Assembly (NCBI GenBank): GCA_038245785.1
Contig: JBBRSB010000024.1
Coordinates: forward strand, 1 to 64,000
Source of the DNA: Gloeobacterales cyanobacterium
GTDB taxonomy: Bacteria; Cyanobacteriota; Cyanobacteriia; Gloeobacterales; PMM-0068
Direction: 5' to 3'
Length of the DNA stretch: 64,000 nt
Below, piece after piece: positions 10,378-22,173 of this stretch (the stretch's first letter is position 1; each line of letters starts with the position of its first letter). Position numbers and translations under genes: made by a program. A model generated the notes under the pieces. That model did no database searches and had not been told where the DNA came from. It worked only from the letters and a program-made list of their open reading frames with translations.

Positions 10378-10677
10378 ATGACTAATTCTACTAATCCCTA
10401 TATCGGTTCTTCTCTTGACGATTTACTAGAAGAAGATGGAATTCTAGCCGAGGTTGATGCTGTGGCTCTCAAACGAGTTCTGGCATGGCAGGTTATCCAA
10501 GAGATGAGAAAAAGAGGGTTGAGTAAGTCCCAAATGGCAGTTGCAATGAAGACGAGTCGCCCCTCTCTTGACAGACTTCTCGATCCTGGCAATGTATCTG
10601 TCACTCTTAAAACAATGGATCGTGCCGCTGCAGTTCTTGGTAAGCGTCTGCGGATAGAGTTAATTGATATTCAATAG
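10378..10677 (+). CDS. XRE/HTH protein (HigA-like antitoxin), orphan
   Basis: IGSSLDDLLEEDG...MKTSRPSLDRLLDPGNVSVTL. Confidence 0.85.
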   Translation: MTNSTNPYIGSSLDDLLEEDGILAEVDAVALKRVLAWQVIQEMRKRGLSKSQMAVAMKTSRPSLDRLLDPGNVSVTLKTMDRAAAVLGKRLRIELIDIQ

Positions 10678-10709
10678 GCTGAAGCTCAATTAGGTAGTCA
10701 GTATTCAAC

Positions 10710-11657
10710 ATGAAAATAGTATTTTTCGGCACTCCTGATTATGCAGTTCCCTCCCTAGCTGCTCTCTTGGCGGAAGCTTCTTTTGATGTGGTGGGTGTCG
10801 TTAGCCAGCCGGACCGTCCTCAAGGAAGAGGCCAAAAAATTGTGCCGACGCCTGTTAAAGCACTGGCTCAAGAAAAAGGTATTCCCGTTTGGCAACCTGA
10901 AGGACTACGGAAAGATGAAAGTACCCTCCAAGCCTTAGATGCGCTCCATGCTGATTTCTTTGTCGTAGTGGCCTATGGCCAAATTCTTTCTCCCCAGGTT
11001 TTAGCAATGCCCGCGAAAGGCTGCATCAACGGTCATGCCTCATTACTCCCGAAATATCGGGGCGCTGCGCCGATTCAGTGGTGTCTCTATCACGGAGAAG
11101 CCGCAACGGGCGTGACCACCATGCTGATGGATGCAGGGATGGATACCGGACCGATGCTGTTGAAGTCTGCTTTCTCCCTGCCCATCGATTGGAACGCTCA
11201 ACAGTTAGCCGACAAACTCTCCGCTCTAACAGCAGAACTGCTTATCCAGACACTCTTAGTCTTCGACCAAATTACTCCAGAGCCACAGGATTCTAGCCAA
11301 AGTTCTTCTGCCCAGCTGATTCGTAAAGAACAGTATTTATTAGATTGGCAGGGGCCTGTACATAACCAAGTGCGAGCCTTTTATCCCTATGTCTATACGT
11401 TTCATCAGAAAGAACGCTTGCGCATTCTAGAAACCATGCCTTATGCCTCGGTCGGTGCGGCTGGTAAGGTTTTAGAAGTGCTCAAAGGCCAGGGCTTTGT
11501 GGTAGGGACTGAAACGGCAGCAGTTTTGGTAAAACAAATCCAACCAGCTAGCAAAAATCCTCAATCAGCCTGGGATTACGCTCGCTCCAAGGGGCTCGTA
11601 ATCGGAGAAGTCCTAGGTGAGATCCCCTCAACCCCCCTTAGTAAGGGGCAGGGCTGA
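10710..11657 (+). CDS. fmt: methionyl-tRNA formyltransferase
   Basis: FFGTPDYA, QPDRPQGRG and HASLLPKYRGAAPIQ motifs. Confidence 0.96.
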   Translation: MKIVFFGTPDYAVPSLAALLAEASFDVVGVVSQPDRPQGRGQKIVPTPVKALAQEKGIPVWQPEGLRKDESTLQALDALHADFFVVVAYGQILSPQVLAMPAKGCINGHASLLPKYRGAAPIQWCLYHGEAATGVTTMLMDAGMDTGPMLLKSAFSLPIDWNAQQLADKLSALTAELLIQTLLVFDQITPEPQDSSQSSSAQLIRKEQYLLDWQGPVHNQVRAFYPYVYTFHQKERLRILETMPYASVGAAGKVLEVLKGQGFVVGTETAAVLVKQIQPASKNPQSAWDYARSKGLVIGEVLGEIPSTPLSKGQG

Positions 11658-11682
11658 TTCATTCTTGGAAAGGCTGTAATCC

Positions 11683-11909
11683 AACCCCTCAGGCCCTTGC
11701 GGGCCAGCTCCCCTTAAGGGGAGCCTTTGCTGCAAAGAGGCTCAAGCTTATGACATGCACCGCACATTGATTCTAGAAAGCTTAGGCATCCAAGCAGTAG
11801 ATAGCGTGGACTATCGCTTGAGTAGTGTTTGCACCCAAATCCAAACTATCTTTCTGCTCCCAGAGGAGGCTCCCCTTAAGGGGAGCTGGCCCGTAGGGCC
11901 TGAGGGGTT
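11683..11909. mobile_element. MITE/REPIN-like element with ~43-bp terminal inverted repeats around a DUF559 remnant
   Basis: AACCCCTCAGGCCCT..CGGGCCAGCTCCCCTTAAGGGGAGCC (11683-11725) and its reverse complement (11868-11909); internal ILESLG..VDYRLSSVCTQIQTIFLLPE. Confidence 0.7.
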
Positions 11910-12106
11910 CAAGACTCAGGAGAATGAATCAACCCCCCTTACACAAGGAGGGCAAAGCCCTTGAAGGATTGGAGTTCTCTTTTGCGCGGGGGGATCGCCT
12001 TTTAAATAGAAAGAGCTCGTGTCGGTAAGAGTTTTGCCTGATCGCTCCGGTCTCTAAATGTTCATCATCTATTAGGAGAATCTACTGCTGTTGAGACCTT
12101 CCTTCG

Positions 12107-12664
12107 ATGAAAGCGCGCCGGGCCAAGGATAAAGCTAAAAAAGTTGAAAAAATTGAAACGACCAATCAAGAAACTCTTTATCCCTCCGAAATGGCTAGGC
12201 CTACGCCTGAGCAAGTCTTTGAAGACCTTACACGTCTTGCCGCAGACCTGTGTAAAGTCCCCTTAGCTTCTGTCAACTTGATCGAGGCTTGTCGTCAGTG
12301 GTTTGGATTAGAAATAGAAGCGACATACGCTGAACCGCTGCAGGATGTGCATGATTTTACTTTGTGTGCTCATGCTCTTTTGCGTAGAGACCTTCTAATC
12401 GTTCCAGATACATTACTCGATGAACGATTTGCGACCAGTACGCTTGCAACCGTAGAACCCCCAATTCGATTTTGTGCCGCTGTGCCGCTGATTACACATA
12501 AAGGACAGGCGCTAGGCGCTCTCTGTGTGATGGACTATGTACCTCGCGAGTTAAACTTAGAGCAGTTGGAATCTTTGAGAACCTTGGGGCTCAAAGTGAT
12601 GACCCAACTGGAGCTCATACGAAGTTTAGCGGAAAAAGAAAGAACGAGTGGCAAGCAAATTTAG
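12107..12664 (+). CDS. stand-alone GAF-domain protein
   Basis: VPDTLLDERFA...IRFCAAVPLIT..GQALGALCVMDYVPREL. Confidence 0.85.
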   Translation: MKARRAKDKAKKVEKIETTNQETLYPSEMARPTPEQVFEDLTRLAADLCKVPLASVNLIEACRQWFGLEIEATYAEPLQDVHDFTLCAHALLRRDLLIVPDTLLDERFATSTLATVEPPIRFCAAVPLITHKGQALGALCVMDYVPRELNLEQLESLRTLGLKVMTQLELIRSLAEKERTSGKQI

Positions 12665-12804
12665 ACAGAACAAGGCAGAGTTGACTCGTAGTGATAAGTA
12701 TCATGAGCAGGTCTTTTTCCCATTTCACGGAATCTGTGCGACAACTGGGAATGTACTGGCTTGTTCTGAACGAACCGTTGCCGACTAGGAGGACCTAGGG
12801 AACG

Positions 12805-15800
12805 ATGGGAAAACCTCTGCGCGTACTTATGGTTGAAGACTCAGAGGACCATGCTCTCTTTCTACGGCACGAACTGCAGCGGGGGGGCTATGAGCTTGTC
12901 TATGAGCGCGTAGATACGCTTGCTGCCATGAAGACAGCCCTTAGAGAGTCTTGGGACCTGATCCTCTCTGATTACGATATGCTTGGTTTCAGTGGCCTAG
13001 ATGCGCTGAAACTAGCTCAGAAGAAGATACCCGATGTACCCTTCATCCTGGTGTCAGGCCAAATCGGTGAAGATAAAGCTGTGGATGCGATGAAGGCGGG
13101 GGCAGATGATTATGTGCTCAAAGATAATTTAAAACGTCTGATTCCAGCGGTAGAGCGTGAGTTGCGGGAGGCAGAGAGACGAAGAGCACGTAGGAAAACC
13201 GAGGAAGAGCTACAGGAATCCAATAAGCGCGTTACTACCCTTCTTGAAAGCATTACCGATGCTTTTTGTGCCTTGGATCATCAGTGGCATTTCACTTATG
13301 CCAATAGCCAAGCCGAACAGGTTTTACAAAAAACACGGCAAGAACTTCTAGGGCATAGTATTTGGGAGGTCTTCCAAGAAGCTATTGGTTCTGTTTTTTA
13401 TGAGCAGTTTCACAAAGCAGCAAATGCACAAGTTACGGTTGAATTCCAAGCTTACTATCCGCCCCTCGATACTTGGTTTGAAATCCGGGCTTATCCATCG
13501 GCTGATGGCCTTGCTGTCTATTTCAGAAATATCAACGAAGCGAAGCACCGGGAAGCAGCGCTGTTAGAGAGTGAATCCCGTTTTCGCAGTATGGCCGATA
13601 GTGCTCCTGTATTGCTATGGATATCGGGAACCGACACACTTTGTACGTTTTTCAATCAGACCTGGCTAGACTTTACAGGCCGGACCTTAGAGCAAGAGAT
13701 GGGGAATGGCTGGGCAGAAGGAGTGCATGCTGATGATTTTCAACGTTGCTTAGATACATACTTGTCTGCCTTTAAGGCTTACCAACCTTTCACCATGGAG
13801 TATCGACTGAGACGGGCAGACGGAGAGTATCGTTGGCTTTTGGATACAGGGACTCCCCGGTTTACCCCCGACGGCAGCTTTGCAGGCTACATTGGCTCCT
13901 GCATTGACATCACTGTAAATAAACAGGCCGAAGAAGCCCTGCAAAAATATGCCGATCAATTCCAAGATCTATATAACCATGCGCCCTGCGGGTATCACTC
14001 TTTAGACAAAGAGGGCAAAATCGTTCTCGTCAATGAGACGGAACTTGAGATGTTTGTGTACACGCGGGAAGAGTTGCTTGGGAAGAAGTTTACTGATCTC
14101 CTCACAACCGAGGGTACAAAGGTCTTCCAGGAGAATTTCCCACAGTTTCAGCAGCGGGGCTGGGTGCGGGATCTCCAGTTTCAAATGATTCGCAAGGATG
14201 GCACCCTTTTGCCCGTGAGCCTGAATTCAACGGCAGTCAAAGATGCTCAGGGGAACTACCTGATGAGTCGGTCCACCATTTTGGATATCACCGAACGCAA
14301 ACGGACAGAAGAAGCATTGCGGGAGAGCGAATGCAAGTTCAGTGCTATTTTCGACCAGACTTTTGAGTTACTCGGTATATTAAGCTTAGATGGGATCGTG
14401 CAGGAAATTAATCAATCAGCCTTAGACTCGATCGCCGCTCAAAAAACCGATATCATTGGCAGTAGTTTCTGGGAAACCCCCTGGTGGACGCATTCTCAGC
14501 AGCTACAGCATCAACTGAGAGATGCCATCGATCAGGCAGCCAGCGGGCAATTTATTCGCTACGAAGTGCCATTTCCTAGTGGTAGTGGCAAGCTCATGAT
14601 TACAGATTTTTCCCTCAAACCTGTTTTCGATGAAGCAGGTCGAGTCGTGATGCTCATTGCAGAAGGGTACGACATCACCGAGCGCAAACAGACAGAAGAG
14701 GCATTACATGCCAGCGAAGAACGATGGAAGTTAGCGCTGCAAGGCAGCAATGACGGCATTTGGGATTGGAATATCAAGACCAATGAAGTCTTTTACTCTG
14801 TCCGCTGGAAGGAAATGCTCGGTTTTGAAGACCATGAAATTGTGAACGAGCGCGATGAATGGACCAAACGGGTTCATCCCGATGATATTAACAAGGTTAT
14901 GCAGATCATTCAGGACCACCTCGCTAAGAAAACCCCGTTTTACACTTCGGAGCATCGTGTCCTCTGCAAGGACGGAACCTATAAGTGGATTCTCGACCGG
15001 GGGCAGGCTCTTTGGGATGAAGCGGGTAATCCGGTGCGCATGGTCGGGTCCCATAATGATGTCACTGATCGCAAACGAGCAGAAGAAGTCCTGCGCGAGA
15101 GTCAAGAAAGATTGAGCTTAGCCCTTGAGGTCGCTCACATGGTCACATGGGATTTTGATATCTTGACCAATCATCTGGTGGCCGCTGGTGCAGTAGATCT
15201 AGTATTTGGACTTCCCCATGGGTCTTCTGTTCCAAGCTATGAGGATTTTTTCAGTTTTGTCCATCCTGAAGACCGCGACTCTGTATTCCGAGCTTTAACT
15301 CGCTCCGTTGAAGAGGGCGCTGAGTATAAGCTTGAATATCGCATGGTCTGGCCCGACGGAACACTGCATTGGGTCGCTGCGGAAGGCCAAGCTTACCGTG
15401 ACGCTACAGGCAAACCGACAAGGGTAGTCGGTGTCGCCATTGATATCACAGAGCGCAAGCGGGCTGAGGAAGCCCTGCGGCAACAGAGCCAACGCTCTCA
15501 GCTCTTTTCAGAGATCACCCTCAATATTCGCCAGTCTTTAAAGCTTGACGAAATTCTGCAAACTACCGTCACCGAAGTACAACGACTACTGCACGCAGAC
15601 CGTGTTCTAGTATTCCAGTTGCTGGCTGACGGTTCAGGACATGTCGTCCAAGAATCTGTGGTCACTGGCTGGCCTGTTACCTTAGGACAAGACCTCTTTG
15701 ATCCTTGCTTCATCGGAGATTTTAAAGATCGATACCATAAGGGTAGGGTTGGTTCCATTGCCGACATAGAGCAGGGAGACGTAGAACAATGCTACGTCGA

Positions 15801-16716
15801 CTTTCTGAAACAGTTTGGAGTCAGGGCAAACCTCGTCGTCCCTATTTTGGTGAAAGAGGACGTCTGGGGACTGCTGATTGCTCATCAGTGCTCCGGTCCT
15901 CGGCAGTGGGAAGTTCTAGAAGTTGAATTGATGCGGCAAATAGGGAATCAAATTGGGATTGCTCTTACTCAGGCCCAACTACTAGAGCAGGAAACCAAGC
16001 AGCGTCAGGAACTGGCCCGCTCCAATGCAGACCTCCAACAATTTGCCTACGTGGCGTCCCATGACCTGCAAGAACCTCTGCGGATGGTGGCTAGCTACCT
16101 GCAACTTTTGGAACGCCGATATAAAGATAGACTCGACGCGGATGCCAACGAATTCATCAACTATGCGGTAGATGGTGCGGGCCGGATGCAGAATCTTATA
16201 AACGATCTGTTGGCCTATTCACGGGTAGGAACCCAAGGCAAGCCCTTTAAATCGACCAACTGTGAGCAGGTTTTCCGTCGGGCCTTGCTACATCTGAAAA
16301 TCGCGATAGAGGAAAGCAAGGCCGTAATCACCCACGATGACCCCTTTCCCGTCGTGCATGCGGATGAGGGCCAGCTGGTGCAGGTACTCCAAAATTTGAT
16401 CAGTAACGCTATAAAATTCCGTGGGGATCAGGCCCCACACATCCATATTGGGGCCCAACACCTTAATGAAGAATGGGTATTTTCTGTTAAAGACCAGGGC
16501 ATTGGTATCGACCCACAGTATAAAGAACGTATCTTCATGATTTTTCAGCGCCTGCACAACCGCACTGAGTATGTGGGTACAGGGATTGGTTTGGCTATTT
16601 GCAAACGAATTGTTGAGCGTCACGGCGGTCGTATCTGGGTGGAGTCAGAACTCGTTAAAGGTTCAACCTTCTATTTCACCATCCCAGATCATCAAGGAGT
16701 AGAAAATCCACAATGA
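12805..16716 (+). CDS. hybrid sensor kinase: REC, multiple PAS, cyanobacteriochrome GAF, HisKA/HATPase
   Basis: N-terminal REC; repeated PAS/PAC (DITERK); GAF with DPCF and [12 protein letters not shown]-box; GTGIGLAIC. Confidence 0.92.
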   Translation: MGKPLRVLMVEDSEDHALFLRHELQRGGYELVYERVDTLAAMKTALRESWDLILSDYDMLGFSGLDALKLAQKKIPDVPFILVSGQIGEDKAVDAMKAGADDYVLKDNLKRLIPAVERELREAERRRARRKTEEELQESNKRVTTLLESITDAFCALDHQWHFTYANSQAEQVLQKTRQELLGHSIWEVFQEAIGSVFYEQFHKAANAQVTVEFQAYYPPLDTWFEIRAYPSADGLAVYFRNINEAKHREAALLESESRFRSMADSAPVLLWISGTDTLCTFFNQTWLDFTGRTLEQEMGNGWAEGVHADDFQRCLDTYLSAFKAYQPFTMEYRLRRADGEYRWLLDTGTPRFTPDGSFAGYIGSCIDITVNKQAEEALQKYADQFQDLYNHAPCGYHSLDKEGKIVLVNETELEMFVYTREELLGKKFTDLLTTEGTKVFQENFPQFQQRGWVRDLQFQMIRKDGTLLPVSLNSTAVKDAQGNYLMSRSTILDITERKRTEEALRESECKFSAIFDQTFELLGILSLDGIVQEINQSALDSIAAQKTDIIGSSFWETPWWTHSQQLQHQLRDAIDQAASGQFIRYEVPFPSGSGKLMITDFSLKPVFDEAGRVVMLIAEGYDITERKQTEEALHASEERWKLALQGSNDGIWDWNIKTNEVFYSVRWKEMLGFEDHEIVNERDEWTKRVHPDDINKVMQIIQDHLAKKTPFYTSEHRVLCKDGTYKWILDRGQALWDEAGNPVRMVGSHNDVTDRKRAEEVLRESQERLSLALEVAHMVTWDFDILTNHLVAAGAVDLVFGLPHGSSVPSYEDFFSFVHPEDRDSVFRALTRSVEEGAEYKLEYRMVWPDGTLHWVAAEGQAYRDATGKPTRVVGVAIDITERKRAEEALRQQSQRSQLFSEITLNIRQSLKLDEILQTTVTEVQRLLHADRVLVFQLLADGSGHVVQESVVTGWPVTLGQDLFDPCFIGDFKDRYHKGRVGSIADIEQGDVEQCYVDFLKQFGVRANLVVPILVKEDVWGLLIAHQCSGPRQWEVLEVELMRQIGNQIGIALTQAQLLEQETKQRQELARSNADLQQFAYVASHDLQEPLRMVASYLQLLERRYKDRLDADANEFINYAVDGAGRMQNLINDLLAYSRVGTQGKPFKSTNCEQVFRRALLHLKIAIEESKAVITHDDPFPVVHADEGQLVQVLQNLISNAIKFRGDQAPHIHIGAQHLNEEWVFSVKDQGIGIDPQYKERIFMIFQRLHNRTEYVGTGIGLAICKRIVERHGGRIWVESELVKGSTFYFTIPDHQGVENPQ

Positions 16717-17162
16717 GCGCAACACCCATGGTCAAGCCGATCGAAATTTTACTAGTAGAAGATAACCCCGGTGATGTGAGGCTGAGTATCGAAGTCCTGA
16801 GAGACGCTAAGGTGCACAATCATTTGAATACCGTGGGCGATGGGGTAGAAGCGTTATCTTTTTTGCGCAAAGAAGGGAAGTATGCCGATGCTCCTCATCC
16901 AGATTTGATTTTACTAGACTTGAATCTGCCTAAAAAAGATGGACGTGAGGTGCTTGCTGAGATCAAAGCCGATGATATATTGAAACGAATCCCTGTAGTC
17001 GTTCTAACCACTTCTCAGTCAGAGGAAGATATCCTCAAAGCCTATGAACTCCATGCCAATTGCTATATCTCAAAGCCGGTGAATTTAGATCAATTCATTA
17101 AAGTAGTACAGTCGATTGAGTCTTTTTGGTTAACGATTGTCAAACTACCTGCTGACAGGTGA
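16713..17162 (+). CDS. Rcp1-like single-domain response regulator
   Basis: [25 protein letters not shown]-terminal FWLTIVKLP; overlaps the kinase stop. Confidence 0.9.
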   Translation: MSATPMVKPIEILLVEDNPGDVRLSIEVLRDAKVHNHLNTVGDGVEALSFLRKEGKYADAPHPDLILLDLNLPKKDGREVLAEIKADDILKRIPVVVLTTSQSEEDILKAYELHANCYISKPVNLDQFIKVVQSIESFWLTIVKLPADR

Positions 17163-19603
17163 GGTCTATGCATACCAAGCCAATCGAATCTAAACCGATC
17201 AAAGTGCTGCTAGTGGAAGATAATCCAGGGGATGCTCGCCTGATGCAGTTAACCCTGGCAGAAGTGACTTCGGTCAAGTTTGAGCTGACCTGCGTTGATA
17301 AACTTCACAGTGCCTTGGACTGTCTTGCAAAGAAGCCCTTTGATGCTGTTTTGCTAGACCTTTCCCTGCCAGATAGTCAAGGATTCGATACCTTCACGAA
17401 GGTCCATAAGCAGTATCCTGAAGTGCCAACAGTGGTGCTTACAGGATTGAACGATGAGACGCTTGCCCTGAGAGCGGTCCAGGAAGGAGCGCAGGATTAT
17501 CTTGTCAAAGGACAGGTGAATGGGGCGGATCTAATCTCTCGCTCTTTGCGCTATGCCATTGAACGGAAGCGGACTCAAGAAGCGCTGCAAGAAAGTGAAG
17601 AGCGTTTCCGGAGTGCTTTTGACAGTGCAGCCATTGGAATGGCTCTCACCAGCCTCGATGGTCACTGGCTGCAAGTGAATCGAGCCTTGTGTGAAATTGT
17701 GGGCTATTCAGAGCAAGAACTACTCGCTACTAGTTGCATGATAGTGACGCATCCAGAGGACCAGGAAGAAACCGATAGCTGTATGTATCAACTGCTCACT
17801 TGTGATATTCGTTGCCACCAAATAGAAAAACGATATATCCATAAACTTGGCCACATCGTCTGGATTTTATTGAATGTTTCCCTGGTGCGTAATGCTCAAG
17901 GTGAACCCTTATACTTTGTCGATCAAATTCAAGACATCACGGTAGCCAAGCATCAAGAAGAAGAGCTAAAAAAACGCGAAGAACAACTCAGATTGGCGAT
18001 GGAAGCAGCCCAAATGGGTACGTGGGACTGGGATATACAGGCGAACAACTCGCCACAGGCCAGCGACCCTGTCTGGACGGTTATCCCGAAAGGTGCTCGT
18101 TACCCGGACTATCAAACTTTTCTTGAATCTATCCATCCTGAAGACCGTACCTATGTCCATAGAGCGATGTTGAAAGCGATAGAGGAAAGGAAAGAGTACG
18201 AATCTGAATTTCGGGTCATCTGGCCTGATGGCAGCTTACATTGGGTCGAAGGAAAGGGACAAGTCCTCCGTAACGGTGCGGACAAGCCTATCCGCATGGT
18301 TGGTGTAGCGGTAGATATTACCGAGCGCAAACAGGCAGAAGAAGTTCTACAGAAGGCAAACGAAAAATTAGAAATACGTGTAGCAGAACGAACAGTAGCA
18401 CTTAGTAGTGCCAACCAACAACTGATTAAAGAAATTGTTGATCGGGAACAGGCCGAAGAAGCATTAAAGCTGAATGAGGAACGTCTGCGCTTGATTGTTC
18501 AGACGATGCCTGTGATGATGAATGCCCTTGATGCAGAAGGAAATATTATTGCTTGGAATCGAGAGTGTGAAGTAGTAACGGGGTATAACGCAGAGCAAAT
18601 AATATATAACCCAAAAGCTTTAGAATTGCTTTACCCAGATGCAGCCGATCAAAGAAAAGCGATCAGTGAGTGGGTTCAACGGGGTAACAATTATCGCAAC
18701 TGGGAATGGAATATCAGATGCAAAGATGGGACTATAAAAACCTTGGCTTGGTCCAATCTTTCTAAGCAGTTTCCTATCCCTGGCTGGGCCTCCTGGGGAA
18801 CAGGTATCGATATTACAGACCGCAAGCGAGCTGAGACAGAAATTCGTAGAGCATTACAGCAAGAAAAGGAACTAAACGAATTGAAGTCTCATTTTGTATC
18901 CATGACTTCCCATGAATTTCGTACTCCTTTGAGTACTATTCTATCCTCCGCTGAGTTGCTGGAATACTATAGTCAAGGCTGGCCTGAAGACCGAAAAAAA
19001 AGACATTTACATCAAATTCAAAGTGCTATTAAGCATATGACACAACTATTGGATGATGTATTGGTGCTTGGACAATCAGGAGCTAAGAAACTTGAGTTTA
19101 TCTCCGAGCCCATAAGTCTCGATGTATTTTGTTTGGAGATCGTTGAAGAGCTCAAGCTCAATATTGATAGCCGATACAAAATAAAGTTTACCCGCAAAGG
19201 AAACTGTGGCAAGGCTATTTTTGATGTGAAAATACTCCGTCAAATTCTGAACAACCTCCTTTCTAATGCTATCAAGTATTCACCGAAGGGTGGCACCATC
19301 CTCTTTAGTCTTTCCTGCAAGGATAAACAGGCAATATTCCATATCAAAGATGAGGGGATTGGTATTCCATCGGAAGACCAACGTTTACTCTTTGAGCCTT
19401 TTCATAGAGGTGCTAATGTTGAAAGTATCGCAGGGACTGGACTTGGGCTAACGATTGTCAAGAATTGTGTGGACCTATATGGAGGCACCCTTACCTTTAC
19501 AAGTCAGCCCGAAAAAGGAACTACCTTTGTAGTCACACTGCCTATAAACTATTCAGACGCCACAACCCTAACTCATGAGCAAAATTCTCGTCATCGAAGA
19601 TGA
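17159..19603 (+). CDS. hybrid histidine kinase REC-PAS-HisKA-HATPase
   Basis: [28 protein letters not shown]. Confidence 0.9.
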   Translation: MRSMHTKPIESKPIKVLLVEDNPGDARLMQLTLAEVTSVKFELTCVDKLHSALDCLAKKPFDAVLLDLSLPDSQGFDTFTKVHKQYPEVPTVVLTGLNDETLALRAVQEGAQDYLVKGQVNGADLISRSLRYAIERKRTQEALQESEERFRSAFDSAAIGMALTSLDGHWLQVNRALCEIVGYSEQELLATSCMIVTHPEDQEETDSCMYQLLTCDIRCHQIEKRYIHKLGHIVWILLNVSLVRNAQGEPLYFVDQIQDITVAKHQEEELKKREEQLRLAMEAAQMGTWDWDIQANNSPQASDPVWTVIPKGARYPDYQTFLESIHPEDRTYVHRAMLKAIEERKEYESEFRVIWPDGSLHWVEGKGQVLRNGADKPIRMVGVAVDITERKQAEEVLQKANEKLEIRVAERTVALSSANQQLIKEIVDREQAEEALKLNEERLRLIVQTMPVMMNALDAEGNIIAWNRECEVVTGYNAEQIIYNPKALELLYPDAADQRKAISEWVQRGNNYRNWEWNIRCKDGTIKTLAWSNLSKQFPIPGWASWGTGIDITDRKRAETEIRRALQQEKELNELKSHFVSMTSHEFRTPLSTILSSAELLEYYSQGWPEDRKKRHLHQIQSAIKHMTQLLDDVLVLGQSGAKKLEFISEPISLDVFCLEIVEELKLNIDSRYKIKFTRKGNCGKAIFDVKILRQILNNLLSNAIKYSPKGGTILFSLSCKDKQAIFHIKDEGIGIPSEDQRLLFEPFHRGANVESIAGTGLGLTIVKNCVDLYGGTLTFTSQPEKGTTFVVTLPINYSDATTLTHEQNSRHRR

Positions 19604-20663
19604 AGACTTCGTCCGCACCAATGTATCAGAACTCCTCGAAGCTGAAAACTTTGAGGTTATCAGTGCAGAGAATGGTTTGCTGGGCGTACAAGTTGCCAAA
19701 GAGCAAATCCCGGACTTAATCATCTGTGATGTGATGATGCCTAAGTTAAATGGGAATGAGGTCTTAGAAACGCTCCGTAAAGATCCAAAAACGCAGATGA
19801 TTCCATTTATCTTCTTGACAGCAAAGGCAGATAAAACGGATCTTCGTCAGGCTATGGAACAAGGCGCTGATGATTATTTGACCAAGCCCTTCACTCGCGC
19901 AGAATTGCTTGGAGCTGTTCACAGTCGTCTAGAGAAACAAGAAGTAATCATCAAGCATTCCCAGCAAAAGTTAGATAATCTGCGCAGCGGTATTGCCTAT
20001 GCGCTTCCCCATGAAATGCTGACACCTTTGACCTCTATTCTTGGATTTTCGCAGACGATCATCATGCAATACAACTCACTGAAACGGCCCAAAATTTTGG
20101 AAATGGTCGAAAGAATCCATGATTCAGGGGAACGTCTTCATCGAGTGATTCAAAACTTTCTTCTCTATGCGGAATTAGAACTGGCTGCTGTCAATCCAGA
20201 AAAAATTAAAACTATGAGAGCAAACCAGACCAATTCTGCTCGGCGAGTGGTCACAGGAATGGCGAATCAAAAGGCAAAGCAGTTCAATCGGGAAGCTAAT
20301 CTAATTTTAGAACTAAAAGACTCAGTGATCGCTATTTCAGAAATTAGCTTCAATAAGATGGTCGATGAATTGGTGGACAATGCCTTCAAGCATTCTCCTG
20401 CCGGAACTCCCGTGCGCATTGTCAGTAGTGTTCAAAACGGCATGTTTCTTCTGTCTATTGCTAACCAGGGACGCGGTATGACAGCTGAACAAATCGCTAA
20501 CTTAGGGGCTTATGTGCAATTTGAGCGTCGTGTCCATGAGCAACAGGGATCGGGCTTAGGGCTGGTGATTGCTATGCGTTTGGCCGAATTGCATGGTGGC
20601 AGGCTCACTATTGAAAGTGTGCTTGGTGGAGAAACAGTAATTCAAGTTGTACTGCCTACGTAG
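19575..20663 (+). CDS. hybrid REC-histidine kinase
   Basis: ICDVMMP REC; PHEMLTPL; QQGSGLGL. Confidence 0.9.
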   Translation: MSKILVIEDEDFVRTNVSELLEAENFEVISAENGLLGVQVAKEQIPDLIICDVMMPKLNGNEVLETLRKDPKTQMIPFIFLTAKADKTDLRQAMEQGADDYLTKPFTRAELLGAVHSRLEKQEVIIKHSQQKLDNLRSGIAYALPHEMLTPLTSILGFSQTIIMQYNSLKRPKILEMVERIHDSGERLHRVIQNFLLYAELELAAVNPEKIKTMRANQTNSARRVVTGMANQKAKQFNREANLILELKDSVIAISEISFNKMVDELVDNAFKHSPAGTPVRIVSSVQNGMFLLSIANQGRGMTAEQIANLGAYVQFERRVHEQQGSGLGLVIAMRLAELHGGRLTIESVLGGETVIQVVLPT

Positions 20664-20721
20664 TTTGCCACGCCTGTAATAGGACAGTCACAGAACACTG
20701 CTAGCGAGTAAACTGGAAGTC

Positions 20722-22173
20722 ATGAACTTCATCGATAAGTTAAATGGAGCTATTGCCCACAATCAAAGTTTATTATCCATCGCCCTCAATCCAGATCCAG
20801 AGGTTATTCCTGATTGCTTTTCTTTAGGAGAAGGTGACTCTGTTAGGGCCTCAGAAACCTGGCTACAGTCTGTAATTGTCAAAACAGCTGATTTGGTCTG
20901 CGTCTATGAACTAAACTTAGCGTTTTATCTAGCGCTTGGGCCAACGGGGTTAGATTTACTCCATAAAATTCTATCTGCTATTCCTGAATATATTCCAGTC
21001 ATCTTAGATGCTCAGTATAGTGATATCAATACAGCCACTCTTTTTGCCCAAACTGTTTTTCTAGACTGGCAAGTCGATGCTGTGACCTTGATTCCTTATG
21101 CGGGACAAGATCTTGTTGCTCCTTTTCTGGTCTATCCAGAGAAAGCCGTTTTTGTTCTCTGTGCAACGGCGAATTCTTCAGCCTCCGCTTTACAGGAATA
21201 TCCTTCACCAGAATCTCCTCTATATATGCAGATGACTAGGGAAGCCCAAACCTGGGGAACGCCAGAACAACTGGGCTTAGTTGTTGGGGTGGCAGCGCCT
21301 GAATCCTTAGCCCGGATTCGGCAACTGGCTCCTGAGCGGGTAATTCTGTCCTCTACTACTTGGAACGACGAAAGTACGCTCGTCCAAATTCTTGCTGCTG
21401 GTTTGGATGCCAATGGGGATGGCTTAATTATTCCGGTGCCTCAAAGGTTACTAAGTCAGCCGTCTTTGGCTGTAGAGATTGATCATGTACGAGAGCTGAT
21501 CAATCACGAGCGGCAGCGAATCGCTTGTGAAAATCCCACCTGTTTAGTTTGGATGCCTGATGTCTGCTTTTTGGATCATCATCCGCACGAAGATTTGATT
21601 TTGCAGCTCTACGATATGGGCTGTATTGCCTTTGGAGATCATGTCCAATCTTCTGGTTCAACGCTTCCCTACTATGTCGATCTGCGCAAAATCATCTCTA
21701 ACCCTCAGGTCTTTCATCAGATCCTGAGCGCCTATGCCGATATTTTGAAAGACCTGGTTTTTGATCGAATTGCCGGGATTCCCTATGGCTCCCTGCCTAC
21801 GGCGACAGGTTTAGCGCTACGCATGGGCTACCCGATGATTTTTCCCCGAAAAGAAGTCAAGGCCTACGGGGCGCGTAGACTGATTGAAGGAGCCTACGAA
21901 GAAGGGGAAACCATCGTTGTCGTCGATGACATTCTGATTACGGGGAAGAGTGTCATGGAAGGCACGGGCAAGCTTGAGTCTGAGGGGTTAGAAGTTCAAG
22001 ACATCGTAGTCCTGATTGACCACGAAAGCGGTGCTAGAGAAACCCTCAAACAACGGGGCTATCAAGGTCATGCCGTGCTCACGCTCTCCGAAATTGCTGA
22101 AACATTGTATGAGGCAAGACGGATAAATAAAGAACAGTTTGAGGTTCTAGCCGGAACTTCAGAGAGCCACTAG
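20722..22173 (+). CDS. PyrF-PyrE fusion (OMP decarboxylase-like + orotate phosphoribosyltransferase); decarboxylase domain degenerate
   Basis: C-terminal YYVDLR, RKEVKAYG and VVDDILITGKS; N-terminal OMPDC-like barrel has DAQYSD in place of DxKxxD. Confidence 0.85.
   Translation: MNFIDKLNGAIAHNQSLLSIALNPDPEVIPDCFSLGEGDSVRASETWLQSVIVKTADLVCVYELNLAFYLALGPTGLDLLHKILSAIPEYIPVILDAQYSDINTATLFAQTVFLDWQVDAVTLIPYAGQDLVAPFLVYPEKAVFVLCATANSSASALQEYPSPESPLYMQMTREAQTWGTPEQLGLVVGVAAPESLARIRQLAPERVILSSTTWNDESTLVQILAAGLDANGDGLIIPVPQRLLSQPSLAVEIDHVRELINHERQRIACENPTCLVWMPDVCFLDHHPHEDLILQLYDMGCIAFGDHVQSSGSTLPYYVDLRKIISNPQVFHQILSAYADILKDLVFDRIAGIPYGSLPTATGLALRMGYPMIFPRKEVKAYGARRLIEGAYEEGETIVVVDDILITGKSVMEGTGKLESEGLEVQDIVVLIDHESGARETLKQRGYQGHAVLTLSEIAETLYEARRINKEQFEVLAGTSESH

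Noticed and set aside
12805..19603. Internal DNA repeats (DITERK, WDWDI)
   Set aside because: Explained by repeated PAS/PAC domains
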